Shown here: piece after piece, positions 28,878-39,107 of the stretch
Layout: the number at the start of each line of letters is the position of its first letter
Position numbering within the stretch: position 1 is the first letter of the stretch
From: Candidatus Saccharimonadota bacterium
GTDB taxonomy: Bacteria > Patescibacteriota > Saccharimonadia > Saccharimonadales > Saccharimonadaceae
Direction: 5' to 3'
Length of the DNA: 64,000 nt
NCBI GenBank assembly: GCA_017421325.1
Contig: JAFOJO010000024.1
Location: 27,005 to 91,004 of the forward strand
Made by a program: the position numbers and the translations under genes
The notes under the pieces: generated by a model
The model's database searches: none
Told to the model about the DNA's origin: nothing
The model's input: the letters and a program-made list of their open reading frames with translations, nothing else

Positions 28878-29893
28878 GAATAGTAGAAATAGAAAGCCAA
28901 GCGAAGTGGGACGGATTTATCACTTCGCACCCGGAAGCGAACTTTTTGCAATCTTGGGATTTTTACGAATTCCATAAAGCGCGTGGCAAAAAAGTAGTGC
29001 GGCGTGCGGCGGTAAATGATAAAGATGAAATAGTAGCAGCTTATGCTGGGGTGGTAGAGACTGCTAAGCGCGGCACACATCTAGCCATCGCTGGCGGGCC
29101 GATTATAGATTGGAGAGATAAAAAGTTGGTACGCGAGATTTTTGCAGACATTAGAAAGGTGGGGAAAGAGACGGGGTGTGCCTTTGTGCGGGTACGACCA
29201 CAGCTACCTTTGTCTGATAAATCTTTGAGATTGATGCAAGAGCTGGGCCTGAAAAGAGCACCGATGTATTTATCGGTAGAATATGCTGGAATATTAGATT
29301 TGAAGAAATCTCGGGAGGAAATTTTGGCGGGAGCATCACAAGGTTTCCGACGGAAACTACGTAAGGCCGAGAAAAACGAAATAGAAATTACCGCCGATGC
29401 TAAGTGCGAGTCTATTGAGGAATTTTGCAAGCTGGAGAAAAAGCACGCCGAGCGGCAAAAATATGTAGCATTTTCTAGTAGTTTTCTCACCAAGCAATTT
29501 GATGCGTTTGCTAAAAATAATGAGGTATTAATATATACTGCGAAAAAAGATGGGGAGATTTTAGCGCAAAACTTTATGATATTTTACGGGGCGGAGGCGA
29601 GCTATCATTACGGCGTATCGTCGGAGCTAGGCACCAAATATTCTGCGGCGCCACTACTGCATATGGCGGCAATGGACGAGGCCAGAAAGCGTGGTTGCAC
29701 GCGGTATAACCTGTGGGGGATAGTGGGACTAGACGAAAAAACGCACCGGTTTTATGGTGTAAGCGAATTTAAACGGTCGTTTGGCTGTGAAGAATTAAAA
29801 TACACCCCAGCACACGATATGATTTTAAACCCAGTAAAATATCAGCTAACTAAGCTGGTAGAAACCGCCCGCAAGAAAAAACGACATGTGTGA
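28874..29893 (+). CDS. FemABX-family peptidoglycan bridge transferase (tandem paralog)
   Basis: FLQSW, GGPIID, FVRVRP, YNLWGI, FKRSF; GTGA overlap. Confidence 0.85.
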   Translation: MRIVEIESQAKWDGFITSHPEANFLQSWDFYEFHKARGKKVVRRAAVNDKDEIVAAYAGVVETAKRGTHLAIAGGPIIDWRDKKLVREIFADIRKVGKETGCAFVRVRPQLPLSDKSLRLMQELGLKRAPMYLSVEYAGILDLKKSREEILAGASQGFRRKLRKAEKNEIEITADAKCESIEEFCKLEKKHAERQKYVAFSSSFLTKQFDAFAKNNEVLIYTAKKDGEILAQNFMIFYGAEASYHYGVSSELGTKYSAAPLLHMAAMDEARKRGCTRYNLWGIVGLDEKTHRFYGVSEFKRSFGCEELKYTPAHDMILNPVKYQLTKLVETARKKKRHV

Positions 29894-29998
29894 ACCTAAA
29901 TAGATCCCTCGGGGGATTTATTTTTTATGTTTATGATTTTTATCGCGCGGGAGTTAGGACAGATGTGGTATAATAAGCATAGGTAATAAAGGATTTTT

Positions 29999-30589
29999 AT
30001 GGCGAAAATAAATCGCAAATACATAGACAAACATTGGTTAGTATTTATCTTAAGAGGCGCGCTAGCGGGGGTGTTTGGATTTATTGCGCTGTTTGGCGGA
30101 ATGTCAAACGTAGAAAGCGTGGTGGCAATTATCAGCATTTTCTTACTAATGATGGGTGTAGTAGATTCGGTAGGGGCGCTATATAATTCTACCAAGAAGC
30201 ACGGATGGGTGAATTCTGTAATAGATGCCGCGATAGACGTAGTAGCAGCAGTAGTATTGCTGTTTGTCGCGCGCAATGATTTGGTGACTAGCGTGATTGT
30301 ATTATCGGTTTACACAATTTTGTCCGGCGTGATAGATATTTTTCACGGATTTCTATCTACCGTGGATCCAACAGACCGTTTTATCCGCATATTAGCTGGG
30401 GCGTGTGGCTGTATTATCGGCGCAGTAATACTGAACTCAGGGAATTTCGAGATAATGACGTTTATACGCTTCTTTGGTGTATATATGCTAATCGTTGGCA
30501 TAACGAGCTTGATTTACGGTGTACATAACCGTGCACAAAATATAGAAGACAAAATGGCGCGAAAACAGTCTAGAAAAAGAAAAAAATAA
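29999..30589 (+). CDS. HdeD/DUF308-like membrane protein
   Basis: HWLVFILRG start, about six TM helices. Confidence 0.7.
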   Translation: MAKINRKYIDKHWLVFILRGALAGVFGFIALFGGMSNVESVVAIISIFLLMMGVVDSVGALYNSTKKHGWVNSVIDAAIDVVAAVVLLFVARNDLVTSVIVLSVYTILSGVIDIFHGFLSTVDPTDRFIRILAGACGCIIGAVILNSGNFEIMTFIRFFGVYMLIVGITSLIYGVHNRAQNIEDKMARKQSRKRKK

Positions 30590-30625
30590 TTTACTATGGT
30601 ATAATCAGGTCTTAAGGAGGCCTTA

Positions 30626-31504
30626 ATGTCAGCTATTAAAAAAGCTATAATTACAGACGCTGGATTCGCCAGTCGTTATCTACCAATTACTAAAACTATA
30701 CCGAAAGCAATGATCCCGATCGGGGCGAAGCCAGTGATGCAACTGTGTGTAGAAGAATGTGTGGAGGCGGGGATTGAAGAAATTATCATCGTGGCGACGC
30801 CAAACACTAAGTCCAAGGAAGTTTACGACGACTATTTCCACAATAAAGCAGACAACGTGAAAGCTTTGCTAGATAGGCAGGGGAAGTCTGAGAGGTTTGC
30901 GGCGGTAGAAGAAGTGCTAAATTTCCCGAAAATTATCGTAATAGAACAAGACCCGAGCTTGCCATATGGCAATGGTTCGCCAATAGTGTCTGCTAAAGAT
31001 TTTGTGAAAGATGAAGAAGCTTTTGTGGTATTATATAGCGACGATTTGATTTTGGGTGAAGGTGACGTAAAGACTTTGATTGAGGATTATGAAAAAACGC
31101 CGGGCGCGAAGGGAGTGATTGCCGCACAAGAAATGCCAGAAGAAGTATGGCATAAATACGGCATGATTGCCCTAAAAGAAAATGGGACCTTAAGTCATAT
31201 TGTAGAAAAACCGAAAACACCAGATCTAGCACCAAGTAATTTAACTAGCTATGGGCGGTATTTACTGACGCCGGAAGTATTTGATTATTTATTGCCATCT
31301 AATACCGGACTAGATGGGGAACTATGGACGGTAGATGCAATCACGAAGCTAGCTGAGCACGGCGACGTAGTGGTAGCAAAAAGCAAAGGCAAGTGGATTA
31401 CTACTGGCGATCCGAAAAACTATTTCCTAGCACACTTAGAGTATGTACTAAACTATAGCGACTACGCAGACGATGTAAAGAAAATCGTAGAAACAGCTAA
31501 ATAA
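30626..31504 (+). CDS. galU: UTP-glucose-1-phosphate uridylyltransferase-like nucleotidyltransferase
   Basis: KKAII..AG..SRYLPITKTIPKAM, IVEKP, GRYLLTP, GELW. Confidence 0.8.
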   Translation: MSAIKKAIITDAGFASRYLPITKTIPKAMIPIGAKPVMQLCVEECVEAGIEEIIIVATPNTKSKEVYDDYFHNKADNVKALLDRQGKSERFAAVEEVLNFPKIIVIEQDPSLPYGNGSPIVSAKDFVKDEEAFVVLYSDDLILGEGDVKTLIEDYEKTPGAKGVIAAQEMPEEVWHKYGMIALKENGTLSHIVEKPKTPDLAPSNLTSYGRYLLTPEVFDYLLPSNTGLDGELWTVDAITKLAEHGDVVVAKSKGKWITTGDPKNYFLAHLEYVLNYSDYADDVKKIVETAK

Positions 31505-31536
31505 TTGGTGCTATAATAAAATAAAAGGAGAAAAAT

Positions 31537-31830
31537 ATGAATGTAGCCGAATGGATATTAGTAGTAATGCTTAGTGTTACGCTTTTGATTTTCTTAATCG
31601 TAGGGATTATACTATTTGTGAAGCTAATCGACGTGAGCAAAGAGATGAAAAAGGTGATGGTGGAGAGCCAAGACATTGCCAAAAATGCGAACGGAATTGT
31701 ATCTAATGTAAAAGGTATGACTTCTATCGGCGGAACGATGGAAATGTTCGTAGATAAGTATATTAATCCAAAGTTAAAGGAAAAAATTAAAGAAAGGAAA
31801 GAAGATGGCGGAAGAAAAGCAGAAGAATAA
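31537..31830 (+). CDS. Small membrane protein
   Basis: N-terminal TM plus coiled segment; SD AGGAG. Confidence 0.65.
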   Translation: MNVAEWILVVMLSVTLLIFLIVGIILFVKLIDVSKEMKKVMVESQDIAKNANGIVSNVKGMTSIGGTMEMFVDKYINPKLKEKIKERKEDGGRKAEE

Positions 31831-32152
31831 AAGCGGTGCAGGAAAGTTCTTTTTAGGAGCAGCATTAGGTGCAATAGCGGGTGCATTCGCTGGGAAATTT
31901 GTGTCTGACAAAAAATGCGATAAATGCGACTGCGAAGAAAAGTTAGATGAGCTAGAAGATGAATTCGATGATATGAAGGAAGATATAGCTGAAAAAGCAA
32001 AAGCAGCGAAAGAAGAAGTTGAAGACAAAGCCGAAGAGGTCAAAAAAAAGTCTGAAAAGGTAGGTAAAACTGTAGCCCATGAAGCTAAAAGGGTGGGCAA
32101 AACGGTAGAGAAAAGCGCCAAGAAGGTAGAAAAGACAATCAAGAATGCCTGA
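31805..32152 (+). CDS. YtxH-like protein
   Basis: FFLGAALGAIAGA followed by charged coiled coil. Confidence 0.7.
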   Translation: MAEEKQKNKSGAGKFFLGAALGAIAGAFAGKFVSDKKCDKCDCEEKLDELEDEFDDMKEDIAEKAKAAKEEVEDKAEEVKKKSEKVGKTVAHEAKRVGKTVEKSAKKVEKTIKNA

Positions 32153-35100
32153 AACGCAGCTAAAGCCTAGCGATTTCGTGCATCTACATAACCATACACA
32201 TTATTCTTTGCTGGATGGTTTGACTAAGGTGCCCGAACTTGTAAAATATGTAAAAGACCAGGGCATGGAAGCGGTGGCCGTAACGGACCACGGCACGATG
32301 TCTGGCCTAGTGGAGTTGTATAAAGAATGCAATGCGGCCGGCATAAAGCCTCTACTTGGACTAGAGGCTTATGTGGCTGCGCGTAAAATGACTGACAAAG
32401 ACCCAGCACATGATAAACAACGCTTTCATATTACACTAATCGCGATGAATAACAAAGGTTTTGAAAACCTTTGCCGGATAATGAGCAACGCCGAGGAACA
32501 CGGCAAATATTACAAGCCGCGTACTGACCACGACGAACTGCAAAAATACAACGAGGGAATTATTTGCCTGTCTGGCTGTATGGGATCGGAAATATCAGAG
32601 GCAATACGAGCGGGAGATGATAAAAGGGCATATGAGCTGATAGACTGGTACCGCAACGTATTTAAGGACCGGTTCTACCTAGAGATGCAAGACCACGGCC
32701 ACCCGAAGTCTACCACCCATTCTGCCGAGCAGAAAAAGGTGAATGACTGGCTGATGGCACATGCCGAGGAATTAGGTTTGCCGCTGGTGGTGACCTGTGA
32801 CGCGCACTACCTAACTAAAGAAGATCAAGATGCGCACGAGGTTTTATTGTGTATTGGTACGGCGGCGAATTTATCTGACACCAACCGGATGACCCTGAAG
32901 GATTACGACCTACATGTAATACCAGCGACTGAAATCATAGAGCATTGGCAAGATACCTGCCCCGAGGCGGTACGTAACACTAAACGGATAGCAGATAGAT
33001 GCGATGTAGACTTGCAACTGGGGCGGATTTTGATTCCAAAATTCCCAGTGCCGGATGGGGAAGATGAAAAAACATATCTAGATAAACTGGTGTTTCAAGG
33101 CCTAGTTTACAGATACAGCGGCAAAAAGTTGGAAGAAACCGTAGATTTAAGCGTGGAAGATTGCCGCAAGATTTTGGAGGAAGTAGATAAAGAGCGCGAC
33201 AAAACACACAAGGTGCTGCCGCGCATAGATTACGAGCTCTCCGTGGTAGATAAAATGGGCTACAATGGATACTTCTTAATCGTGCAGGACTTTATTAACT
33301 GGGGTAAGTCTCAAAGAATAGTGTATGGGCCGGGGCGTGGCTCGGCAGCGGGGTCTATTCTCGCGTATGCGCTACGTATTACCGAGCTGGACCCGTTAAA
33401 GTATGATTTGCTTTTTGAGCGGTTTTTAAACCCAGACCGTATCTCGATGCCAGATATTGATACGGATATTCAGGATACGCGGCGCGACGAGGTGATAGAA
33501 TATTGTTCGAACAAATATGGTTTTGATAGGGTATCCAATATTGCAACCTTTGGTAAAATGATGGCTAAAAACGCAGTACGCGATGTAGCGCGGGTACTAG
33601 AGGTACCGTACGCCGAGGCAGATAGACTAGCCAAAATGGTGCCAGACCCAGTAATGGGCCACCATGTACACCTGGCCGATGCCATTAAAGACGTACCAGA
33701 TTTAAAGCAAGAATACGAAACTAACCCTACCTCTAAGGAGGTGATAGATTTTGCCTCGAGATTAGAGGGGACGATTCGTAACCACGGCGTGCACGCCTGT
33801 GGGGTGATTATTGCGCCAGATGACCTAGTAAAATTTTTACCTTTGGAGGTTTCGGCCAAGGGGCCGATTGCCGCGCAGTTCCCAATGGGCCAGGTAGAGG
33901 AGCTGGGGCTTTTAAAAATGGATTTCCTCGGCCTATCTAACCTATCCGTGATTAATAATGCGCTCCGGATGATCCGGAAAGTTTATAATGACGATATAGA
34001 TTTATCTGCCTTACCGCTAGACGACCCCGAGACTTACGCGCTGCTTCAGCGGGCAGAGACTACCGGCGTGTTCCAGCTAGAATCTGCCGGGATGAAACGA
34101 TATCTGCGCGACCTGAAGGCCTCTACCTTTGAAGATATTATCGCTATGGTGGCGCTTTATCGCCCGGGGCCGATGCAGTTTATTGATTCGTTTATTAAGC
34201 GTAAGCACGGGGAAGAGCCGATTACTTATCTGCACCCGGGGCTAGAAAATTCCTTGAAAAATACCTACGGGATTATGATCTACCAAGAGCAGTTCATGCA
34301 GATATCGAAAGAGTGGTGCGGCTTTACTGGCGGGCAGGCGGATACTTTGCGTAAAGCGGTAGGTAAGAAGAAAATTGACTTAATGAAAAAGGTAAAGCCA
34401 GAGTTTATCAAAGGTGCCATAGAAATAGGTGGCGCTACCGAGGAAATTGCCGAGACATTTTGGAGCCAGCTGCTAGACTTTGCGAACTACTGCTTTAATA
34501 AGTCGCACGCGGCGTGTTATGCCCTGATAGCCTACTGGACGGCGTACCTCAAAGCACACTACCCAGACGCCTTTATGGCAGCACTAATGACGGCAGATAT
34601 GCGTTGGACAGACCGCCTAGCCATAGAAATTGCTGAGTGTAAGCGGATGGGGCTAAAGGTGCTGGGACCGGATATTAACCAAAGTTATGGTGATTTTGGT
34701 ATTGTGGGTGGCGAAAAAACGATACGGTTTGGACTCTCAGGTATTAAAAGTATGGGCAAGGCCCTGGTAGAAGATTATGTCATACCAGAGCGCGACAAAA
34801 ATGGGCCGTTTAAATCTATTTGCGATTTCGCCAAAAGAGTAGACAGTACTAAATTTAACAAAAAATCCTGGGAAGCAGCGATCAAAACCGGAGCGTTTGA
34901 TAGCTTTGGACATTCGCGGTCTGATTTGCTCTTTAATCTGGAGGCTATTCAAGCTTATGGGGCAAAAATACAGAAAGACGTAGGCTCGGGACAAACAGAT
35001 CTATTTGGCATGATGGGCGAAGCCGGAGCGGTACCAGAGGTAGAGATCAAAAAAGCACCAGTGCAACATCCAGAGAAAGAGCAATTGCTCTGGGAAAGAG

Positions 35101-35891
35101 ATTTGATGGGATTGTACCTTTCTGCACACCCGCTAGATAAATACGACACCTACTTCGAAGAGCAGACCCACCCGATGGATCTAATTACGGCCGAGAATAA
35201 CAACAAAATGGTAACAATTGGGGGAATTATCACCGCGGTGCGGACAATCCTCACCAAAAAAGGCGATAAAATGGCCTTTGTGAAAATGGAGAATAAGTCC
35301 GCCGAGACAGAGTTTATCGTATTTCCGAGTACTTTTGCGGAATATGGCGGTAAGCTAGAAGTAGATAACGTAGTACGAGTGCGGGGCAAAGTAAATGCTA
35401 CAGACAAAGAGGGAAATATCACTTCTGATGTAAAACTCCTAGCGGAGACGGTAGAATTAGTGTCTGATGATGTACTAGAAAATTATCAGCCTACCGGCAC
35501 TAAACTTGCAGCACCGACTTTGGCGCCAGACGCGGGCCGACGCCGCCGAGGGAAAATATCCGCCGAACGCGTGTATAACGGGGGTAGCGGAGGGAACGGA
35601 GCGCGTAATGTTTCTCCGACAATAGATGCGCCACGTGTGCTAAAAGAGCCGCCTAAGGACCCCCGCAAAGAGAGATTATATATATTAGTTGAAGATCCTA
35701 ATAATACGGATACTTTGAGCGCGATACGGCGCTTAGCGGATCTGAATCCTGGATTCCAAGAAGTGGTACTAGTGCTACGCGACGGGGAGCGAAAACGGCC
35801 ACTCCGGATGCCGTTTAAGGTAGAAGTGTCTGATGATCTGTTAGGGAAACTAAGAGAACTGGTGGGGAACGAAGCAGTAAAGGTAAACTAG
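32145..35891 (+). CDS. dnaE: DNA polymerase III alpha subunit
   Basis: HLHNHTHYSLLDG PHP domain, GRGSAAGS, SMPDIDTD, KMDFLGL, FNKSH. Confidence 0.98.
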   Translation: MPETQLKPSDFVHLHNHTHYSLLDGLTKVPELVKYVKDQGMEAVAVTDHGTMSGLVELYKECNAAGIKPLLGLEAYVAARKMTDKDPAHDKQRFHITLIAMNNKGFENLCRIMSNAEEHGKYYKPRTDHDELQKYNEGIICLSGCMGSEISEAIRAGDDKRAYELIDWYRNVFKDRFYLEMQDHGHPKSTTHSAEQKKVNDWLMAHAEELGLPLVVTCDAHYLTKEDQDAHEVLLCIGTAANLSDTNRMTLKDYDLHVIPATEIIEHWQDTCPEAVRNTKRIADRCDVDLQLGRILIPKFPVPDGEDEKTYLDKLVFQGLVYRYSGKKLEETVDLSVEDCRKILEEVDKERDKTHKVLPRIDYELSVVDKMGYNGYFLIVQDFINWGKSQRIVYGPGRGSAAGSILAYALRITELDPLKYDLLFERFLNPDRISMPDIDTDIQDTRRDEVIEYCSNKYGFDRVSNIATFGKMMAKNAVRDVARVLEVPYAEADRLAKMVPDPVMGHHVHLADAIKDVPDLKQEYETNPTSKEVIDFASRLEGTIRNHGVHACGVIIAPDDLVKFLPLEVSAKGPIAAQFPMGQVEELGLLKMDFLGLSNLSVINNALRMIRKVYNDDIDLSALPLDDPETYALLQRAETTGVFQLESAGMKRYLRDLKASTFEDIIAMVALYRPGPMQFIDSFIKRKHGEEPITYLHPGLENSLKNTYGIMIYQEQFMQISKEWCGFTGGQADTLRKAVGKKKIDLMKKVKPEFIKGAIEIGGATEEIAETFWSQLLDFANYCFNKSHAACYALIAYWTAYLKAHYPDAFMAALMTADMRWTDRLAIEIAECKRMGLKVLGPDINQSYGDFGIVGGEKTIRFGLSGIKSMGKALVEDYVIPERDKNGPFKSICDFAKRVDSTKFNKKSWEAAIKTGAFDSFGHSRSDLLFNLEAIQAYGAKIQKDVGSGQTDLFGMMGEAGAVPEVEIKKAPVQHPEKEQLLWERDLMGLYLSAHPLDKYDTYFEEQTHPMDLITAENNNKMVTIGGIITAVRTILTKKGDKMAFVKMENKSAETEFIVFPSTFAEYGGKLEVDNVVRVRGKVNATDKEGNITSDVKLLAETVELVSDDVLENYQPTGTKLAAPTLAPDAGRRRRGKISAERVYNGGSGGNGARNVSPTIDAPRVLKEPPKDPRKERLYILVEDPNNTDTLSAIRRLADLNPGFQEVVLVLRDGERKRPLRMPFKVEVSDDLLGKLRELVGNEAVKVN

Positions 35892-35973
35892 ACCGCAAAA
35901 AAAGAAAACGGCTGGAAAATCCTGCAATTTTGGGGTGAAAGTGGTTGGGAAAAGTTGGAAAAGTAAAAGTTGA

Positions 35974-37617
35974 TTATCTAGCGATACAGCGAAGTGATCT
36001 ACCGGTACCTTTGGTTGCTTGGCCACCGGCAAGAACAACAGCATTATTTGCAAAGCCGAAGGTATAAGCGTAAGAACTTGTATTGTTTGCGTTGGACCAA
36101 TAAAAGCTTTGTGCGTTTTGGTATTCGAATAAATTATTATTAACCCTTCCTGATTTGATAAACAAAAGGGGACTAATGGTTAAGCCGGCATCCGTATTAA
36201 TTTTGTTTTCATTGTACAAATAATTCAACCTCGCAAACTCATTAGTAGAACCAGGTATTGTTTCAGATTGGTTGGATACGGTAGGTAATCTCCATCCTTT
36301 AGGGCATATAGAGTTCTTAGGATTCTTAGATATATCATTTAATGTATCTTGTTTTAGAGAACTACTATCATTAGAAGCTATAGTCGCATTCCAGTTATAG
36401 TAATTGCCTAGTGAAGCATGTCCTGTTTCTATGCTATCTATCTTACTAGCAGTGTATGGCGCAGTATTGCTATTTTGCCATCCAGTAACGGTGGTACCGG
36501 TAAAGTCTATGGTAGTAGCACTACTAGCCGGCTCCCAATATATTACTCCATTGCTTTCTGTGTATCCATCACTATATTCTGTATATTGTCTAGTGCTAGA
36601 GTCATAAGCTACATTTAGATCCGTATTATTAGAATTAAAACTAATGGAAGAGTTAATATCTATATCTAAGTTCTCAGTCATCCAACAATGTCCATCTTTT
36701 AGTTTAGTTACCCAGTAAGTTTTGCCGTCTCTTTTGTCTATAAGCTGAGTCTGTGAAACTTCATCATATACGTCTACCTGATTGCAGATAGTTGCATCCA
36801 TATCTTGCATAGTGTAGTAAGTGCCATTTTCTGTGGTGATGGGGGTTTTATTATGTAGGGCATAGATTTCGTTAAAACCTAGATGATTGTTGTTGCTATT
36901 TGGATGCACCATAACGTATTTTACCTTCCCACTATAAGTACCAGCAGGCTGGATAGAACTAGCATAGATTTGGTAGGTAGTATTGATATAGGAACCAGAC
37001 AAAGTAGTATCTAGAGACATATCGGTTTTAGAGGTTCTTTTAGCCACTAGAGTGTAGATATCTGGTACTTCTTTATAACTATCGTAACCATTTTCTATAG
37101 TAGGAACAGTAGGATTAGATCCTGTGCCTATTCCCGCCGTTAGCTTCATGGCCCAGGATGATGGAGTAAGAGATGATGCTGTACTGCTATCATATACTCC
37201 GGTTTTAACATTATAACTATCACTAATACTACTAATAAGGTCTGTATTACCATCTATGTCCCCACTGCTACCTATAGCATAAATACTATAGCCATTATTA
37301 TCATTACAATAAGCATTCATTTTGGTATTACCTACATCTTCTACCAATTGTCCACCATTTAGTGATGCTGTATGAGCAGAAATAACTTCACCACTAATAG
37401 TGCATGAAGTAGATAGGGTAAATGAGATATTATCTGAACTAGAGCTACTAACTGTAGATTTATTATTTGCTTCCGCAGAACTATGAGAAGTACTAAAACC
37501 AAGAATAAAAGCACAAACCACAAGAAGAGGAATAGAAACTAACAATACATTACGGAAAGCATAGTAGAAGAAATCTATTCTACTACTCATTAATGATTGT
37601 TTTACTTTGTGGCCCAT
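35974..37617 (-). CDS. FISUMP-domain surface protein, paralog 2
   Basis: N-terminus nearly identical to paralogs 1 and 4; GHCWMTENL, GNYYNW, SICPKGWRLP, SLRCIAR. Confidence 0.75.
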   Translation of the reverse strand: MGHKVKQSLMSSRIDFFYYAFRNVLLVSIPLLVVCAFILGFSTSHSSAEANNKSTVSSSSSDNISFTLSTSCTISGEVISAHTASLNGGQLVEDVGNTKMNAYCNDNNGYSIYAIGSSGDIDGNTDLISSISDSYNVKTGVYDSSTASSLTPSSWAMKLTAGIGTGSNPTVPTIENGYDSYKEVPDIYTLVAKRTSKTDMSLDTTLSGSYINTTYQIYASSIQPAGTYSGKVKYVMVHPNSNNNHLGFNEIYALHNKTPITTENGTYYTMQDMDATICNQVDVYDEVSQTQLIDKRDGKTYWVTKLKDGHCWMTENLDIDINSSISFNSNNTDLNVAYDSSTRQYTEYSDGYTESNGVIYWEPASSATTIDFTGTTVTGWQNSNTAPYTASKIDSIETGHASLGNYYNWNATIASNDSSSLKQDTLNDISKNPKNSICPKGWRLPTVSNQSETIPGSTNEFARLNYLYNENKINTDAGLTISPLLFIKSGRVNNNLFEYQNAQSFYWSNANNTSSYAYTFGFANNAVVLAGGQATKGTGRSLRCIAR

Positions 37618-37650
37618 CTTCTACCTCACTTATATATGATTACTACTACT

Positions 37651-37788
37651 CCCCCATGTGGTGCCACTATATTAATGGGGATTAACAAAAATGGCACCGC
37701 AAGGGGTGCTATACATTATTACTAGATACAAAGTATTTTGTCTCTGCAACAAGGTTCCTTACGGCGCCATTTGAATTGCAGAGTAAAA
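37651..37788 (-). promoter_or_regulatory. Conserved structured 5' leader, copy 2
   Basis: Motif as in copy 1; extended -10 TGGTATAAT at 37846-37854 (minus). Confidence 0.7.
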
Positions 37789-38061
37789 TACTCATAAAAG
37801 CATATTATAAAAAATACTTTGTAAATAATAATGTATAGCTCTTTTATTATACCACGCATATGAAAAATCAAATAAAAAACGTTCTTCAAGCAGTAGAAAT
37901 CCGTATAAAGCTTATGTTTCCACATTTTCTTTTGCAAATGTAAAAAATGTGCTACAATAGTGAAGGAGTTTATTAGAAATCGTAGTTGACATTGTAATAA
38001 AACTATGATATTATAAGTAAAATTAACAATATTAACAGTAGTGGGACAAGGAGACCTATTG

Positions 38062-39090
38062 ATGGAGCAAAATGCGGAAATCCTCGAAAATGCAATCTCT
38101 GGCAGTCTAAAAATCATTGAACAAGACCGCGAAAAAGAAATTATTTCTAGGCGATTTGGGCTGACCGGAACAAAAGAAACCCTTGAACAAATTGGCGAAA
38201 TGTTGTCAATTACTAGGGAACGGGTTAGACAACTCGAAAAAGCAATTCTTATTCGTCTCCAAATTTCCGCTGAGGAGAACCAAATTCCGGAACTTGCCGC
38301 TGCTGAAAAGATTTTGATTCGCAATTTGATTGAAATGGGGCGGGTGGCCAAGATTTCTGACCTAGCCGACAAGGTTTATGGCCGAGACACCACCGCGTCC
38401 GAAAAGACCGGCATTTATTTTATAGCGACTTTCTCGAAAAGCCTAACTGTAGTAGAAGAAAATGACCGTTACCACGCAGCAGTGGGTATTGCTGAGTATG
38501 GCGATAGTAAGGAAATTCGCGAAAAAGTAGACGAAATCGTGAAGGTAATTAAAGATAACAAAAAGCCAATGACCATCGACGAGCTTGACAATAAGCTAGA
38601 TTATGAGCACCCAGACTATATAAAGGCTGTGGCGTCAATATCTAAGCTACTCGCTACCTTAAATGGGGTGTGGGGCCTCGCCAAGTGGCCGGCAGTAAAC
38701 CCGAAGAATATTCGCGATAAGATTTTTGTAATACTAGAGACTAAAAAAGAGCCAATGCATTTTTCAGAAATTGCGGCAGAGATTAAAAAGTCTAATTTCA
38801 AGCGTAAAAATGTGACGATTCAGGCCATTCATAATGAACTAATTAAAGATGCGCGCTTTGTGCTGATTGGCCGGGGGATTTATGCGCTAAGTTCGTGGGG
38901 ATACAAGAAGGGAACTATCTCGGAAATTATTAAGTCTATCCTAGAGAAGGCCGGAAAACCCCTAACGCGTGAAGAGATTGTGAAACAGGTGCTGAAGGTG
39001 CGCAAGGTGAAGGAGACTACGATACTACTGAATTTGCAGAATAAGGCGCTGTTTAAGAAAGTTGATAAAAACTCTTATACTTTGGCCTAG
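38062..39090 (+). CDS. Sigma70 region-4 HTH plus C-terminal winged-HTH (RpoE/HARE-HTH-like) protein
   Basis: RRFGL...ETLEQIG....ITRERVRQLE; IHNELIKDARFVLIGRGIYAL. Confidence 0.75.
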   Translation: MEQNAEILENAISGSLKIIEQDREKEIISRRFGLTGTKETLEQIGEMLSITRERVRQLEKAILIRLQISAEENQIPELAAAEKILIRNLIEMGRVAKISDLADKVYGRDTTASEKTGIYFIATFSKSLTVVEENDRYHAAVGIAEYGDSKEIREKVDEIVKVIKDNKKPMTIDELDNKLDYEHPDYIKAVASISKLLATLNGVWGLAKWPAVNPKNIRDKIFVILETKKEPMHFSEIAAEIKKSNFKRKNVTIQAIHNELIKDARFVLIGRGIYALSSWGYKKGTISEIIKSILEKAGKPLTREEIVKQVLKVRKVKETTILLNLQNKALFKKVDKNSYTLA

Positions 39091-39107
39091 TGTGATAGAA
39101 TAATTAT

